A DNA stretch of 64,000 nucleotides from Octopus sinensis (Eukaryota): positions 19,282,001 through 19,346,000 of the forward strand of contig NC_043003.1 in the NCBI RefSeq assembly GCF_006345805.1. The letters run 5' to 3'. This document shows positions 52,945 through 64,000 of this stretch, in pieces (position 1 is the first letter of the stretch; each line of letters begins with the position of its first letter). The notes under the pieces were generated by a model. That model saw only the letters and a program-made list of their open reading frames with translations. It searched no databases and was not told the DNA's origin. Made by a program: the position numbers and the translations under genes.

Positions 52945-53545
52945 TTGGCACAAGGCCAGTAGTTTTGAGGGAGAGGTAAGTCCATTACAAAGACCCCAGA
53001 GCTCAACTGGTACTTATTTTATCGACCTTAAAAGGATGAAAGGCAAAGTCGACCTCAGCCGAATTTGAACTCAGAACGTACCAACGGGCGAAACACAGTT
53101 AAGCATTTCATCCAGCGTGCTAATGATTCTTTTTTCTCTATTGCCCACAAGGGGCTAAACACAGAGGGAAGAAACAAGGACAGACAAACGGATTAAGTCA
53201 ATTATATCGACCCTAGTGCGTAACTGGTACTTATTTAATCGATCCCCAAAAGGATGAAAGGCAAAGTCGACCTCGGCGGAATTTGAACTCAGAACGTAGT
53301 GGCAGACGAAATACCTATTTCCTTACTACCCACAAGGGGCTAAACACAGAGGGAAGAAACAAGGACAAACGGATTAAGTCAATTATATCGACCCTAGTGC
53401 GTAACTGGTACTTATTTAATCGACCCCGAAAGGATGAAAGGCAAAGTCGACCTCGGCGGAATTTGAACTCAGAACGTAGTGGCACACGAAATACCGCTAA
53501 GCATTTCGCCCGGAGTGCTAACGATTCTACCAGGTCGCCGCCCCT
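52945..53545 (-). mobile_element. SINE family C trimer (one older-tail unit plus two Tx1-tail units)
   Basis: Junctions at ~53130 and GACGAAATACC|TATTTCCTTAC at ~53315. Confidence 0.85.
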
Positions 53546-53790
53546 TGCCATTAAATATTATTTGCTTTGTGACCGAGTCACCTACCGAACGTTCCATTCT
53601 TCAAGATTTGAAAGTATTGTGAAGTAGATTTTAGTCAATACCACATATCACACGTATTTTACGATGGATAAATATAGTGTTTCACCAACAATATTTTCAT
53701 GTTTTTTCTTATCTTAACCAAATATTTGAAGACACTTTTCTTCTATGATATTTTTACCGTAAATGCATAAAAAGGTTATTGTAAGTTGTA

Positions 53791-55052
53791 TTATCAGGTC
53801 ATTAAGAATGAAATGTTCGATTTTTTTATGCATCAAGTTTGACAGTCATTAACTCTAATGTTTTATCGTTTTATCCTGGCAATTCTTTGTTCTACAACAT
53901 TGAGGAGATACATCATCCATCACTTTTCGAAATGCAATTCATGGTGTCTGATTATATTGTGAGTTTTCTCTTGTAAATAAATTTTTGTGAACCCATGGAT
54001 AGATAAAAAATTTGTGTTGTTTATGAATGAGTTCCGTCGTGGAACCAATGCATCCCAGACAGCTCGAAACATCAATGAGGTGTTTGGTGAAAATGTGGCG
54101 AATGAGTGCACTGTACGTCAATGGTTTGAGAAGGGTCTGGTAACTTTACTCTTGAAAATCAGCCCCATGGTAGACCTGTGACCAAGGTGGATAATGATGG
54201 GCTAGAAACTACAGTGGAAGTGGATACATCTCAAACTAGCAGCAAGGTTTGATGTCTCGATTCCAATTGTATTGAATCATCTTAAACAAATCGGCAAGGT
54301 AAAGAAGCTGAACAAGTGGGTACCACACGAACTGAACGAGCATCAAATAAGACATCATCTTGAAACTTGCTGTTCTTTGCTGTCACGGCATAAAAGCGAA
54401 CCACTTTTGCATCATATTGTTACGTGTGATGAAAAGGATTCTTTTCAACAATAGCAATCATTTTGCATGGTGGTTGGATAGAGACAAAGTGCCAAAACAC
54501 AATCCAATAAAGAATATTCACCAAAGAAAGTTAATGGTGTCTGTTTGGTGGTCCAGCACTGGTGTCATCCACTACAGCTTCATGAGACCTGGTAAGTCAG
54601 TTACAGTGGAGGTATTATACATCAACCGATTGGATGAAATGATGAGTGAACTTGCAATTAAATAACCGAGATTGGTGAATAGAGACAGGCTAATTCTCTT
54701 GCAAGACAATATTCAACCACATGTTGCACAAAGAACGAGGAACTGAACTTGGAAGTACTCTGTCATCCATCATATTTACCAGACCTTGCACCAACTGATT
54801 ATCACGTTTTCCAGGCATTAGACATTTTGCAAGGAAGAAACTTCAAATCTGAAGAAGATGCAAAAACAGCCTTTTGTGATTTCATCACCTCCTGCTCTCC
54901 AGAATTCTTCGCTGCCGGCATAAATAAGCTACCGATAAAATGGCAAAATTGAGTTGATAATTTAGGTGCGTACTTTGATTAACTGCATTGCTTTTTGTTG
55001 AGATAAAGTAAAATAAACTTTCAGTTCAAAATCGTACATTTCATTCTGATAA
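53791..55052 (+). mobile_element. Full-length defective mariner (Hsmar/SETMAR-like)
   Basis: TA-flanked TIRs TTATCAG[GTCATTAAG]AATGAAATG (right copy internally deleted); motifs KWVPHEL, IVTCDEK, KLMVSVWWS, LQDN, HPSYLPDLAPTDY. Confidence 0.9.
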
Positions 55053-55174
55053 TAATATTTAAGACGGTTTTTAATAATTCTTTTTTTATCAGAGCGTACT
55101 TATTTTTCAAACAAAAAACCTTTTATACATCTATTACTATCTTCAGATAAAGCGAAAAGTGATTTATCTGGTAG

Positions 55175-55224
<50 letters not shown>

Positions 55225-55479
55225 GGGGTATATTATTAAAAATTAAAGAAGCAGCACTACTGAAATATATCAGTCGTATGGAAACTACTGCTCCTGAAGC
55301 TGGAGAATTTTACTAATCCAATTCCATAGAATTTTAGACTTTTGGTGATTCGTCAACTTCATTTTCAAATGCAAGTGATGAAGAACATTAGGAAGAAAAT
55401 ATTCCAGAAAGTGCTATTGATAGAGTAGGCACAGATGTTGGCTTTTAGCCAAGCAAGATTAGCAATGATACCAGGTGCA

Positions 55480-57485
55480 AATGTGGTTCAAAATCTAGAT
55501 TTCGATTTTGGTAAAGTAATTTGTCAACGAGTGTCAACCAAACAAATTAGAAAAATAACACTTGACTGTTACTTTTAAAGTCCTCCAAATGGCGAAAGAA
55601 TGTTGTGATTATGGATGGTGTACTCCCAGTACAAAAAAGCGCTTTACTGCTTTTTGTCGCGAATTGTTTTCAGACAGAAGTTACTCAAAATTTAATTATG
55701 AGGAGGTATCAACATTTAGTGGGTACTGAATCTTAGAATATTTGGGCATGAATCTAGTGCAGCTCATATTCGGAATTTCATACAATAGAAAGAGTTGGAT
55801 GTTAGGATTGTTCGAACAACAACAATTCATACAAAAACAAAAAAGCAAGAAGTTGGTGAAAACCAAGTGAAAAAGTGGAAGGAAATCCATTCAAGATTGC
55901 TTAATATTATTAGATTATTAGCTAAATAGAATTTTGTTTTACGAAGTGACTGAAAAAGAACAGACCAGGTGTTAGCAATCTTTGTTGACTTATTTGTTGA
56001 TTTCACTGAGACAAAAGGTAAAACTGCCAAGAATATTTCAGCAATGATTTTGGAGAAATTAGGGAAAGAAGGAATTGATCTTCAAAATTGTAGAGGGGAA
56101 TCATATGCTAATGCTGTGGCATTCAGAAACGTATCGAGGATATTAACCAACAGGCAGAATTTGATGCGTGTACAAATCATTCGTTGAATTTTGGCATGTG
56201 TTCATGCAGCTTATTTTGCTGTAAATTTAGTTGAGTTTTTGGGTGCGTGGAACGTTTTTTTCTTCATCAACTCATCGTTAGGATGTTGTAACTTCAATCG
56301 CTGCTCAACTTATGAAGCGCATAGTAAGAGATTCATTGGAATGTGAGGGGAAAAGCTGCAAATGTTGCAAAGAAACTTTTCTCGAAAATCTCAGGTGAGT
56401 TAGAAAAGTTAACTGTTGAAAAAGAAAATACAGCTATTTGAGCAGATGATGGTGTTCTGTTTGTTGTGTTGCAACTATTTTCCTTTTTGTGCATTCTTGG
56501 CTTGTGGTGACTCATCCTTCAAGAAATTAACGACATACAGATTTCCCTCCAAACCAAAGAATTGAGCATACAACAATGTAAAATAAAGCTAATTGTATTA
56601 GAGACATTTCTTATTTCTTTATTGCCCACAAGGGGCCAAACATAGAGGGGACAAACAAGGACAGACAAAAGGGTTAAGTCGATTACATCGACCCCAGTAC
56701 GTAACTGGTTCTTAATTTATCGACCCCGAAAGGATGAAAGACAAAGTCGACCTCGGTGAAATTTGAACTCAGAACGTAACGGCAGACGAAATACTGCTAG
56801 CTCGGCGTGCTAACGTTTCTGCCAGCTCACCGCCTTCATTGTATTAGAGACATTTCTAATTGCACACAAGATAAGCTAGTGAGTAATGGAGTTAACTTTG
56901 CTGAAGAAAATCGCATTTCTCTAGGTATAGTCATAGAGCCTCAGCATCACCCAAAACAAAGAAACAAATGCTTGATGAGGATCACAAGACGTTGAATTGT
57001 AATACGACATTGAATTGAGGAAAGAAATACTTTCTTCACTGGATTGAGTGATCCAAGAAATAACTTTGAGACTTCAACAGTTTCGTGAATTTGCTGAGAA
57101 ATATGCTTTCCTTAACCCCAATCGTGATGACATCAATAAAGAAAGTTCCACATTGGAGAGAAAAATATTCGGCATTTTCTTGCTGTTAAAGATGGGAAAC
57201 ATGAAAAGAAGGTTCCCTTGAATTTTTTCAGTTTATTCAAAAGCGTAACCTTAGGAACTAGCTTCTAAATATGGTAATAATGCTGCGGATTTTCTTCACA
57301 ATTACCATTAGTGTTGCTATGTGTATGAGTTTTCCTAAATTAAAATTGAATTACTTCAAATCTACAACGAGTACCTTGCGGTTAAGAAATCTTACCAAGC
57401 TGTCTATAGAACAACAATTGACGGGTAAAATAGCTTCTGACAAAGTCTTCGCCAACAAAAAGACAAGAAAAAATTTTATAAATGG
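55480..57485 (+). pseudogene. Degenerate hAT transposase (ZMYM1/TTF-zinc-finger type)
   Basis: WMVYSQYKKALYCF, GKTAKNISAMILEKL..GIDLQNCRGESYANA, and C-terminal dimerisation-like LRIFFTITISVA..SFPKLKL..LSIE..ANKKTRK; many stops; SINE-C inserted at 56612-56837. Confidence 0.75.
56612..56837 (-). mobile_element. Full-length SINE family C with 20-bp TSD
   Basis: TSD ATTGTATTAGAGACATTTCT at 56592-56611 and 56838-56857. Another copy at ~57510-57740. Confidence 0.92.
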
Positions 57486-57822
57486 TCCTAATTTCTTAAA
57501 CATTTTCCCATTTCTTTACTACCCACAAGGGGCTAAACATAGAGTGGACAAACAAGGACATACATAGAGATTAAGTCGATTACATCGACCCCAGTGCGTA
57601 ACTGGTACTTAATTTATCGACCCCGAAAGGATGAAAGGCAAAGTCGCCCTCGGCGGAATTTGAACTTACAACGTAACGGCAGACGAAGTACCGCTAAGCA
57701 TTTCGTCCGGCGTGCTAACGATTCTGCCAGCTCGCCACCCTCATACCGTTTTTACTTTTTATTGAACTGTTACTTTTAAAGTTTAAATATGTTTAGTGTG
57801 TATTTAAGGCATATTATATTTT

Positions 57823-59020
57823 TTGATTGATTGATTGATTGATTCTAGTTTCAGCTTATGAGCTGTGGCCATGCTGGGGCACCGCCATTTGGTGTTGCTA
57901 CTTGGTTTCACTTCATGGAGGCTTTCTAGCAACTGCTATTTGGTGCATGAGAGAGTTCGATGCAGCTGCCCTCATCTGCCCCTCCTGCCGTGAAGTTGGT
58001 TCATCTGGGACACCTGACAGGAAGAGATCCAGCTTCATTTTAAAGACATCTGTATCCACCCCATGCAGGTCTCTCAGGTTCTTCGGGAGGATATTGAAGA
58101 GCTGTGGGCCTCGGAAGCCCAGGTTATCACAGAATCTTGTCCTACATCTTGATGGCAGGTTTGGAGTCCTAGGCACCACGCAGTGGCGCCCAGTTCTGGC
58201 ATTTGCGTAACTCTCGATGCCAAAGTTCAGGACACTTCCCTCCAGGATCTTCCAGATGTATATTATGGCATATCTTTCCCGCCTACGCTCCAGAGAATAT
58301 AATTTTAATCTCTTGAGTCTTTCCCAGTAGCTTACATTCTGCATAGAGGCTATCTTCTTCGTGTAGCTTCGTTGGATCGCCTCAAGTTCTGTGATCAACT
58401 TGACACTGGATGGTGACCATAGCTGAGAGCAATAGTCAAAGTGGCTTAGGACAAGTGTCTTCCAGAGGACCATCATGGTTTTTTGTTCTCTTGTTCTAAA
58501 GGTTCTAAGAATCCATCCAGCCAGCCGTCTACATTTCATTGTCAGTTTAGCAACATGTACATGAAAGGTCGCGTCATCACTCATGTGAATACCCAGGTCA
58601 CGCACTGATTGTGCCTCTGGGATTGCAATCCCTCCGGGTCCAGTGTATTCATTGGGTATTGCATTCAGTTTTGCATGCTGATAGTATAAAGCTTGAAACT
58701 TTCCAGCATTGAACTGCATGCTATTCTTTTCAGCCCACTTGTATATTTCGTCCAGCACACATTGCAGGTGTTTAGTGTCCTCAGGGTTCTGTATTGCCTG
58801 TGAAACTTTTGTATCATCTGCATAACTTGTGATCGTGGCTCTCTGCGTGGCTGAGGGCATGTCTGAGAGGGCCATTATGAACAGTAGTGGTCCCAGAACA
58901 GTGCCCTGCGGAACACCGCTCACTATTTGTGTGTTAATGGAGGTGGCCCCATTGGCTACTACCACCTGACTTCTATCCTTCAGAAAGTCATGAAGCCATT
59001 CTCCCAGTTTTCCAACTATT
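57823..59020 (-). mobile_element. 5'-truncated CR1-clade LINE with an uninterrupted ORF2 C-terminal part (>350 aa) and (AATC)n tail
   Basis: SGVPQGTVLGPLLF, YADDTK, RDLGI, YSLERRRER, FKMKLDLFLSGVPDEP; 3'UTR ...GGCGGTGCCCCAGCATGGCCACAGCTCATAAGCTGAAACTAG(AATC)n. Confidence 0.95.
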
Positions 59021-59564
59021 TGATTATATAAAACTCATATTTAATTTGAAATATTAACTTTGTAGCTTGCTTTAAAAAGCTAGTTCACAGATATGAGCTC
59101 TCAGATTTTACAGCGAAAAATTGATAATATATCTGAAAATTCATCAATATTCGTATATTTTATATATTAACAAGGAGAATGGAGTGAACAACACGTTTTC
59201 TTGCATAATACTACAATTGTTTCTTTGACACTTTATCAAACAAATTATTGCTGGAATATTATTACATGATATACAGAATAATACATTGCGTGAGTATTAT
59301 TTCACTAACACTGGTAAGTGTCAACTCTTAGCGTATATGTATAAAACAGTTTGCTGAACTAACCCTTATTTCATTGAATATATACCTCCCATTGATAATG
59401 CAATTACATTAGAATGTCATAGTTAAAATCTAAAAAAAAAACCAAATATATCATAAACCACAAATTATATTCACATAACTTTAAGAGGAAAGCGTTGTGC
59501 ATTATGTTTTACTTTTTGTGGGGCCCGAGGGCGGAAACAAATTCAAGAGCTTCTCCAGGCAGCA

Positions 59565-59880
59565 CACACTCCAGCTATGCCAATGACGTCACCTACCTCA
59601 TAAGTAACTCCCCGAACATATCCTCACGGAATTATGTACCAATGAGACATGGTGTTGTGGCTAGAACACTATACAAAGAAATTCGTCTAAAGATTAATCC
59701 TGATGAGACACGCATCAGAAACCTCAGAGACATAGCGGGCATAATCATACACAGCTCGGAAAAATGCCGGTGGAATGTCTTAGTCAAAAACTTCAACAAA
59801 ATGCAAGCACGGCAGGCCAGACATTATGATATGGGATAGAGAAAAGACACTATGCACAGTAGTTGAAATCATTTGTCCAT
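59565..59880 (+). mobile_element. Fragment of an R2/R4/NeSL-like (restriction-like endonuclease) non-LTR retrotransposon
   Basis: LISNSPNISSRNYVPMRHGVVARTLY (RH motif after the CCHC finger), then in a shifted frame KHGRPDIMIWDREKTLCTVVEIICP (PD..D/E motif). Confidence 0.6.
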
Positions 59881-60996
59881 CATATACCAACACAGTCTTT
59901 TATCTGCTATGTTTTACTTTTTTCAGTCATTAGACTGTGGCTGTGCTGGGGCACTGCTTTGAAGATTCTGTAGTCAAAGGAATCAACCCCAGTACTATTT
60001 TTTAAAGTCTGATACTTATCTTATTGACCTTTTTAGCCGAACCGCTAAGTTACGAGTACGTAAACACACTAAAACCGGTTGTCAAGTGATGGTAGGGGAC
60101 GGACACAAAGATACATATACATACATATATACGACAAGCTTCTTTCAGTTTCCATCTCCCAAATCCACTCACAAGGCTTTGGTCGACCCAAGGCTATAAT
60201 AAAAGACACTTGCCTTGCCCAAGGTGTCACGCAGTGGGACTGAACCTGGAATCATGTAGTTGGGAAGCAAGCTTCTTACATACAGCCACGCCTGTTAATT
60301 GGTTTTTAGTAAAACAGAACATTTATATCGAACTAATGAGAAATCTGCAGGTACTCTATTCGGGCTATAATTTCTGGTTTCTACTAATAATTATTGGAGT
60401 ACTTGGTTACGTGACTAACTGCTTCAGTGCATATCTTGAGAGCTGGGGTTTACAGAACCCGAAAGAAGACCTAATCAGAAGATTACAATTACAGTAGCAA
60501 TCTGTCAAAGATACTGTCAAAATATGTAAAACATTCATGAATAAGATCCACATACGCAGTATCATCCATACCTGCGGACATGTGCATATGTGTGAATGCA
60601 TGCAAACATACATACATAGAAAAAAAGCACCTTTTTGATGTAAATAATTTTTGATCTAAACATAATCCGATTTGAATTTTTTCTTCTACGGAAGGAAGAG
60701 CAAGCCTTCTTCTATCATACTCTCAATTTTGGTCAACTTGCGCCGCAGGGTCTCGGAGGAGATAGTGTTAGTTGAAGGCTACCAAACCTGCCATACACAG
60801 ACAACTTCAGCTTTATATATAGAGAGATTAATATGCAGTCATGACGTCATCTGCATGTATGACAATAGAATCTTCATATGATGTATAAAAACAAAATCTG
60901 AAACGTCATCTCAATCAGTTGATATTCGGTTCTTCAAAAAGTGAACTTGAATGGTTTTTTTGTGTAAGACATTTTGTTCTTCAAAGCATTAACAAA

Positions 60997-61635
60997 ATGT
61001 ACGCAAACGGTATCATACGAGATATAATCAAAGATGACGGTAAAAACCTTTCACGCAATATCTCGCAATACCGAACTGAAAGACGTAACCTGTGGAACAG
61101 GCGAAATATGTTGGGTGACATTCCCCCTTGTCAACGATTCATACCTAGGCTCACGCCACACCTTACAGAATGTATAAAATTTGATTGTCCCGAAAGGCAC
61201 TTGGTTTGTAAACCCGATTCGCCAGGTTATCGCAAAAGGATTGATCTGAAATACGTCGCCAAAGAGAATGGTCGCCTAGTCGATAAATTTGAAGTATGTG
61301 AAGCGAAATGTGAAATGCCAAGAGGTTTAAAAGAAAAAGTGTGTGCAATTTCTGATACTAAGAACCATTTCCAAGAAGTGTTAATTGACAAAGAGATGAA
61401 TGGCAAAGGGATGGTGGAGGAAAAAAGAACAGATTTGATAACTGGACATATAGATAAATATCAACAGTTTAAAAATATGCATCCATGTGACAGAGACAGT
61501 TTTTTGAGAGAATGGAATTATAAAGTACTACAGAATAGGTGTCAAATGCCTTCAATAGAATCTGATTTTTGTGTGAAACATTCTCCAAAGCCACTGTGTG
61601 ACAGATGTGAGTCCATATTATGTGACATGTTATGA
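60997..61635 (+). CDS. Uncharacterised 212-aa Cys-containing protein (single-exon ORF or one large exon)
   Basis: Stop-free for 238 codons from 60919 in AT-rich non-repetitive DNA. ATG in AAAATG context at 60997. Candidate acceptor ttcttcaaag just upstream (~60986) and a donor-like ACAG|GTAAAA shortly after the stop. No transposon motif recognised. Confidence 0.6.
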   Translation: MYANGIIRDIIKDDGKNLSRNISQYRTERRNLWNRRNMLGDIPPCQRFIPRLTPHLTECIKFDCPERHLVCKPDSPGYRKRIDLKYVAKENGRLVDKFEVCEAKCEMPRGLKEKVCAISDTKNHFQEVLIDKEMNGKGMVEEKRTDLITGHIDKYQQFKNMHPCDRDSFLREWNYKVLQNRCQMPSIESDFCVKHSPKPLCDRCESILCDML

Positions 61636-62396
61636 AGAAGACAGGTAAAACAAAGTATCTTCATTGGAAAAAAAAATATATATTCAGCTACAACGTTGAT
61701 TTTGTGGAACTTTTGGTTCCAAAGCCTTATCAAGATAACGATTTCTCCGAACCAGGGTGGTTATCTTGGTCAACATGTTATTAATTAAACAATATTAAAT
61801 GAAATGCAGGTGCCTGTACATTTGTGTAAATGATGCCCGTTTATTAATTCTGTGCAAGGTACCAGGAAACTAGTCTGGATGAATGCATGTTTTTAAAACC
61901 TTAATTTCTTCAAATGTGTATGTCTTAAGTCTCGTTTAATCTTTTTTTTTTTTTTTCATTTTTAAACATAAGATGATTTAAAAAAAAAAATACGTCTCCT
62001 ATAAATCTGAAAAACAATTTCCGAAAAAGAAGTTAGAACTGAAAAATGACTCCTCCACTCCTTATATTGGTTTTTACAGATTAGTAATATACGATGCTTT
62101 AAAACATACACATGCAAAGAAATTACAGTTTTTGGCACGCTACATGCTTTCCGACACTCTGTTGTATAGGAATGCTTCTTTTATTCTTTTACTTGCTTCA
62201 CTCATTTGACTGCGGCCATGCTGGAACATCGCCTTTTAGTCGAAGAACTCGATCCCAGGACTTATTCTTTGTAAGCCTGGTACTTATTCTATCGGCCTCT
62301 TTTGCCGAAGCGCTAAGTTACGGGGACGTAAACACACCAACAACGGTTGGCAAGTGACGGAGAGGGGACAAACACAGACACAAAGACACACACTCA

Positions 62397-62434
<38 letters not shown>

Positions 62435-62438
<4 letters not shown>

Positions 62439-64000
62439 GTCATTCCATAAGTAAAGCCGCTTTTTTTAATTGCATGTACTAAAAGTCGGAGGGGGACGGG
62501 ATAAACTACCTGCATCAACTTTCTATAAAATCAGGTAGTAATTTTACCTTGTCCTTGTTCTTAGTGCAAGTTTCGAAGACTGCAGTTCGATTTCAAGTTA
62601 TTTTTTCCAAAGCTATAATGGAAGTGACAAAGGAGCATATTAGGCATATTCTGCTTTATGAATTCAATAAAGGCAACAACACAACAGAAATTGCGAGGAA
62701 TGTTAATTCAGTATATGGGCATCGGACAATAAGCGCAAGCCAGTTTCAACTGTGGTTCCAGAAATTCCGAGCCGGAAACTACAGCCTAGAAGGCGAGCCT
62801 CGTCCTGGAAGATCTGTAGAGCTCGACGAGTACGTCCTGCAAAGTCTGGTGGAACAAAATCCCATCGTAACTGTTGAGGAACTAGCAGAGAAGATTGGAT
62901 TTGGTCATTCAACCAGACATTGAAGTCAATTTCTTTACTAACCATGTGGTTGAGAAAAAGAGGGGACGATACGAGGACAGACAAAGCAAACATTGGGGTC
63001 AGGGTATCGAATGAGACGAAATGTATGAATAAATAAACAATTAAAATATATACAATTAAATGAGAATGAGTGATTTACAAAAAATGAAGCAGAGGACGCG
63101 GTCGACCCCACAAACCACATACTCACACTGAAGACTTTGCTTACTCCATTTTTTTACATTCTCGATTAAACAGGTTCTTTCACTCGCAACATATTTGCTA
63201 TAGACTTCCATCTTTTACGAAACACACTTTGCGACAGGCATTTCTTCTCCAGCCTTATTTTCCGTTTCATGTGAAAAACGAAAAAGTCGATTAGCTCGAA
63301 ACTGGAGATGAACATGCCTGTTGCAATTCCTTTCACTCTCGTCTTCCATACTACCTCTTTCGCAACAGCAACTACCGAAAGAAAACAGGATCGCTACTCC
63401 CTATTCAGAGAGGTCGGCGGAACGATCTTAATTACAGATTCGCTTGACTGTTGTACTCTTCTCGAATGCGACAGCAGGTGTTCGACATAAGCCCAGAGCT
63501 CAGTCACCTTGGGGCATTGCACAATCGCGTGCAGGACAGTTTCACTGTCCTGCTCGCATCTTGCACAAACCGGCGAAGACGCATGTCTAAAGAGCTTATC
63601 TCGAACCGGTAAAGCTCCTCTTTAACATTGCCAGACCATGGACTTTTGGTAATTATCCAAAGAGCGCTAGAATAAAAACGACCATCTTAAGTTTCAGGAT
63701 GAAAGGTGTTATTCCATGAGGATAATGTTTGGCCACATACAGCGAGGATGACATTCCAAACGTTGGAGCAATTCGAATGGGAAACGATACCCACCCACCA
63801 TATTCGCCGCACATTGCCCCATCTGATTAACATTTTGGATCTATTCCATCTCAATTGAGATTGAATAGATCACTTTTATTTCGCACTCTTCAAAATCATT
63901 TAGATGGGAAAATATGAATTCTGTAGACGAGGGCAGAACTGTAGTGGAGAAGTATTTTTCGTCACGAACAAGTGAATTTTGGAAGAGGGGCCTTGCAAGT
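62435..64000 (+). mobile_element. Mariner element interrupted by a LINE and running off the window
   Basis: TA-TTGGGTCATTCC terminus. ATG at 62618: MEVTKEHIRHILLYEFNKG...WFQKFRAGNYSLEGEPRPGR. Resumes ~63671 with FHEDN..PHT, HPPYSP..APSD. The central part is missing. Confidence 0.88.
62929..63670 (-). mobile_element. 5'-truncated Tx1/L1-clade LINE (C-terminal CCHC zinc finger and 3'UTR) inserted antisense into the mariner
   Basis: Minus translation (not in ORF track, 2 stops): W..RGALPVRDKL...CARCEQDSETVLHAIVQCPKVTELW...KEVVWKTR...RKRW..RVKEPV*. The 3'UTR ends ...AACCACATGGTTAGTAAAGAAAT. Confidence 0.8.

Overview
AT-rich eukaryotic (animal) genomic DNA. The SINE families and the very large (CA)/(TA) microsatellites point to a coleoid cephalopod, most likely Octopus; this is inference. 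Only one host gene is recognisable: a 732-nt coding exon of an RBM46/RBM47/A1CF-family RRM protein (minus strand, 23082-23813). Its RRM3 exon is not visible in the window. There is also an orphan 212-aa ORF (60997-61635) and a few weak exon candidates at 32.5-39.6 kb. The rest is mostly repeats. These include at least four tRNA-derived SINE families; RTE, CR1, Tx1/L1 and R2-like LINE relics; maT (DD37D), mariner, Chapaev3-like and hAT relics; several MITEs; a 163-bp satellite; an ~830-bp near-perfect palindrome; and kb-scale microsatellites. A 100-N assembly gap lies at 18221-18320. The most interesting signals are a SINE whose 3' tail and terminal stem-loop match a Tx1/L1-clade LINE and which repeatedly sits at one site inside its own family, modular tail swapping among SINEs, and the long palindrome inside a hAT-type MITE.
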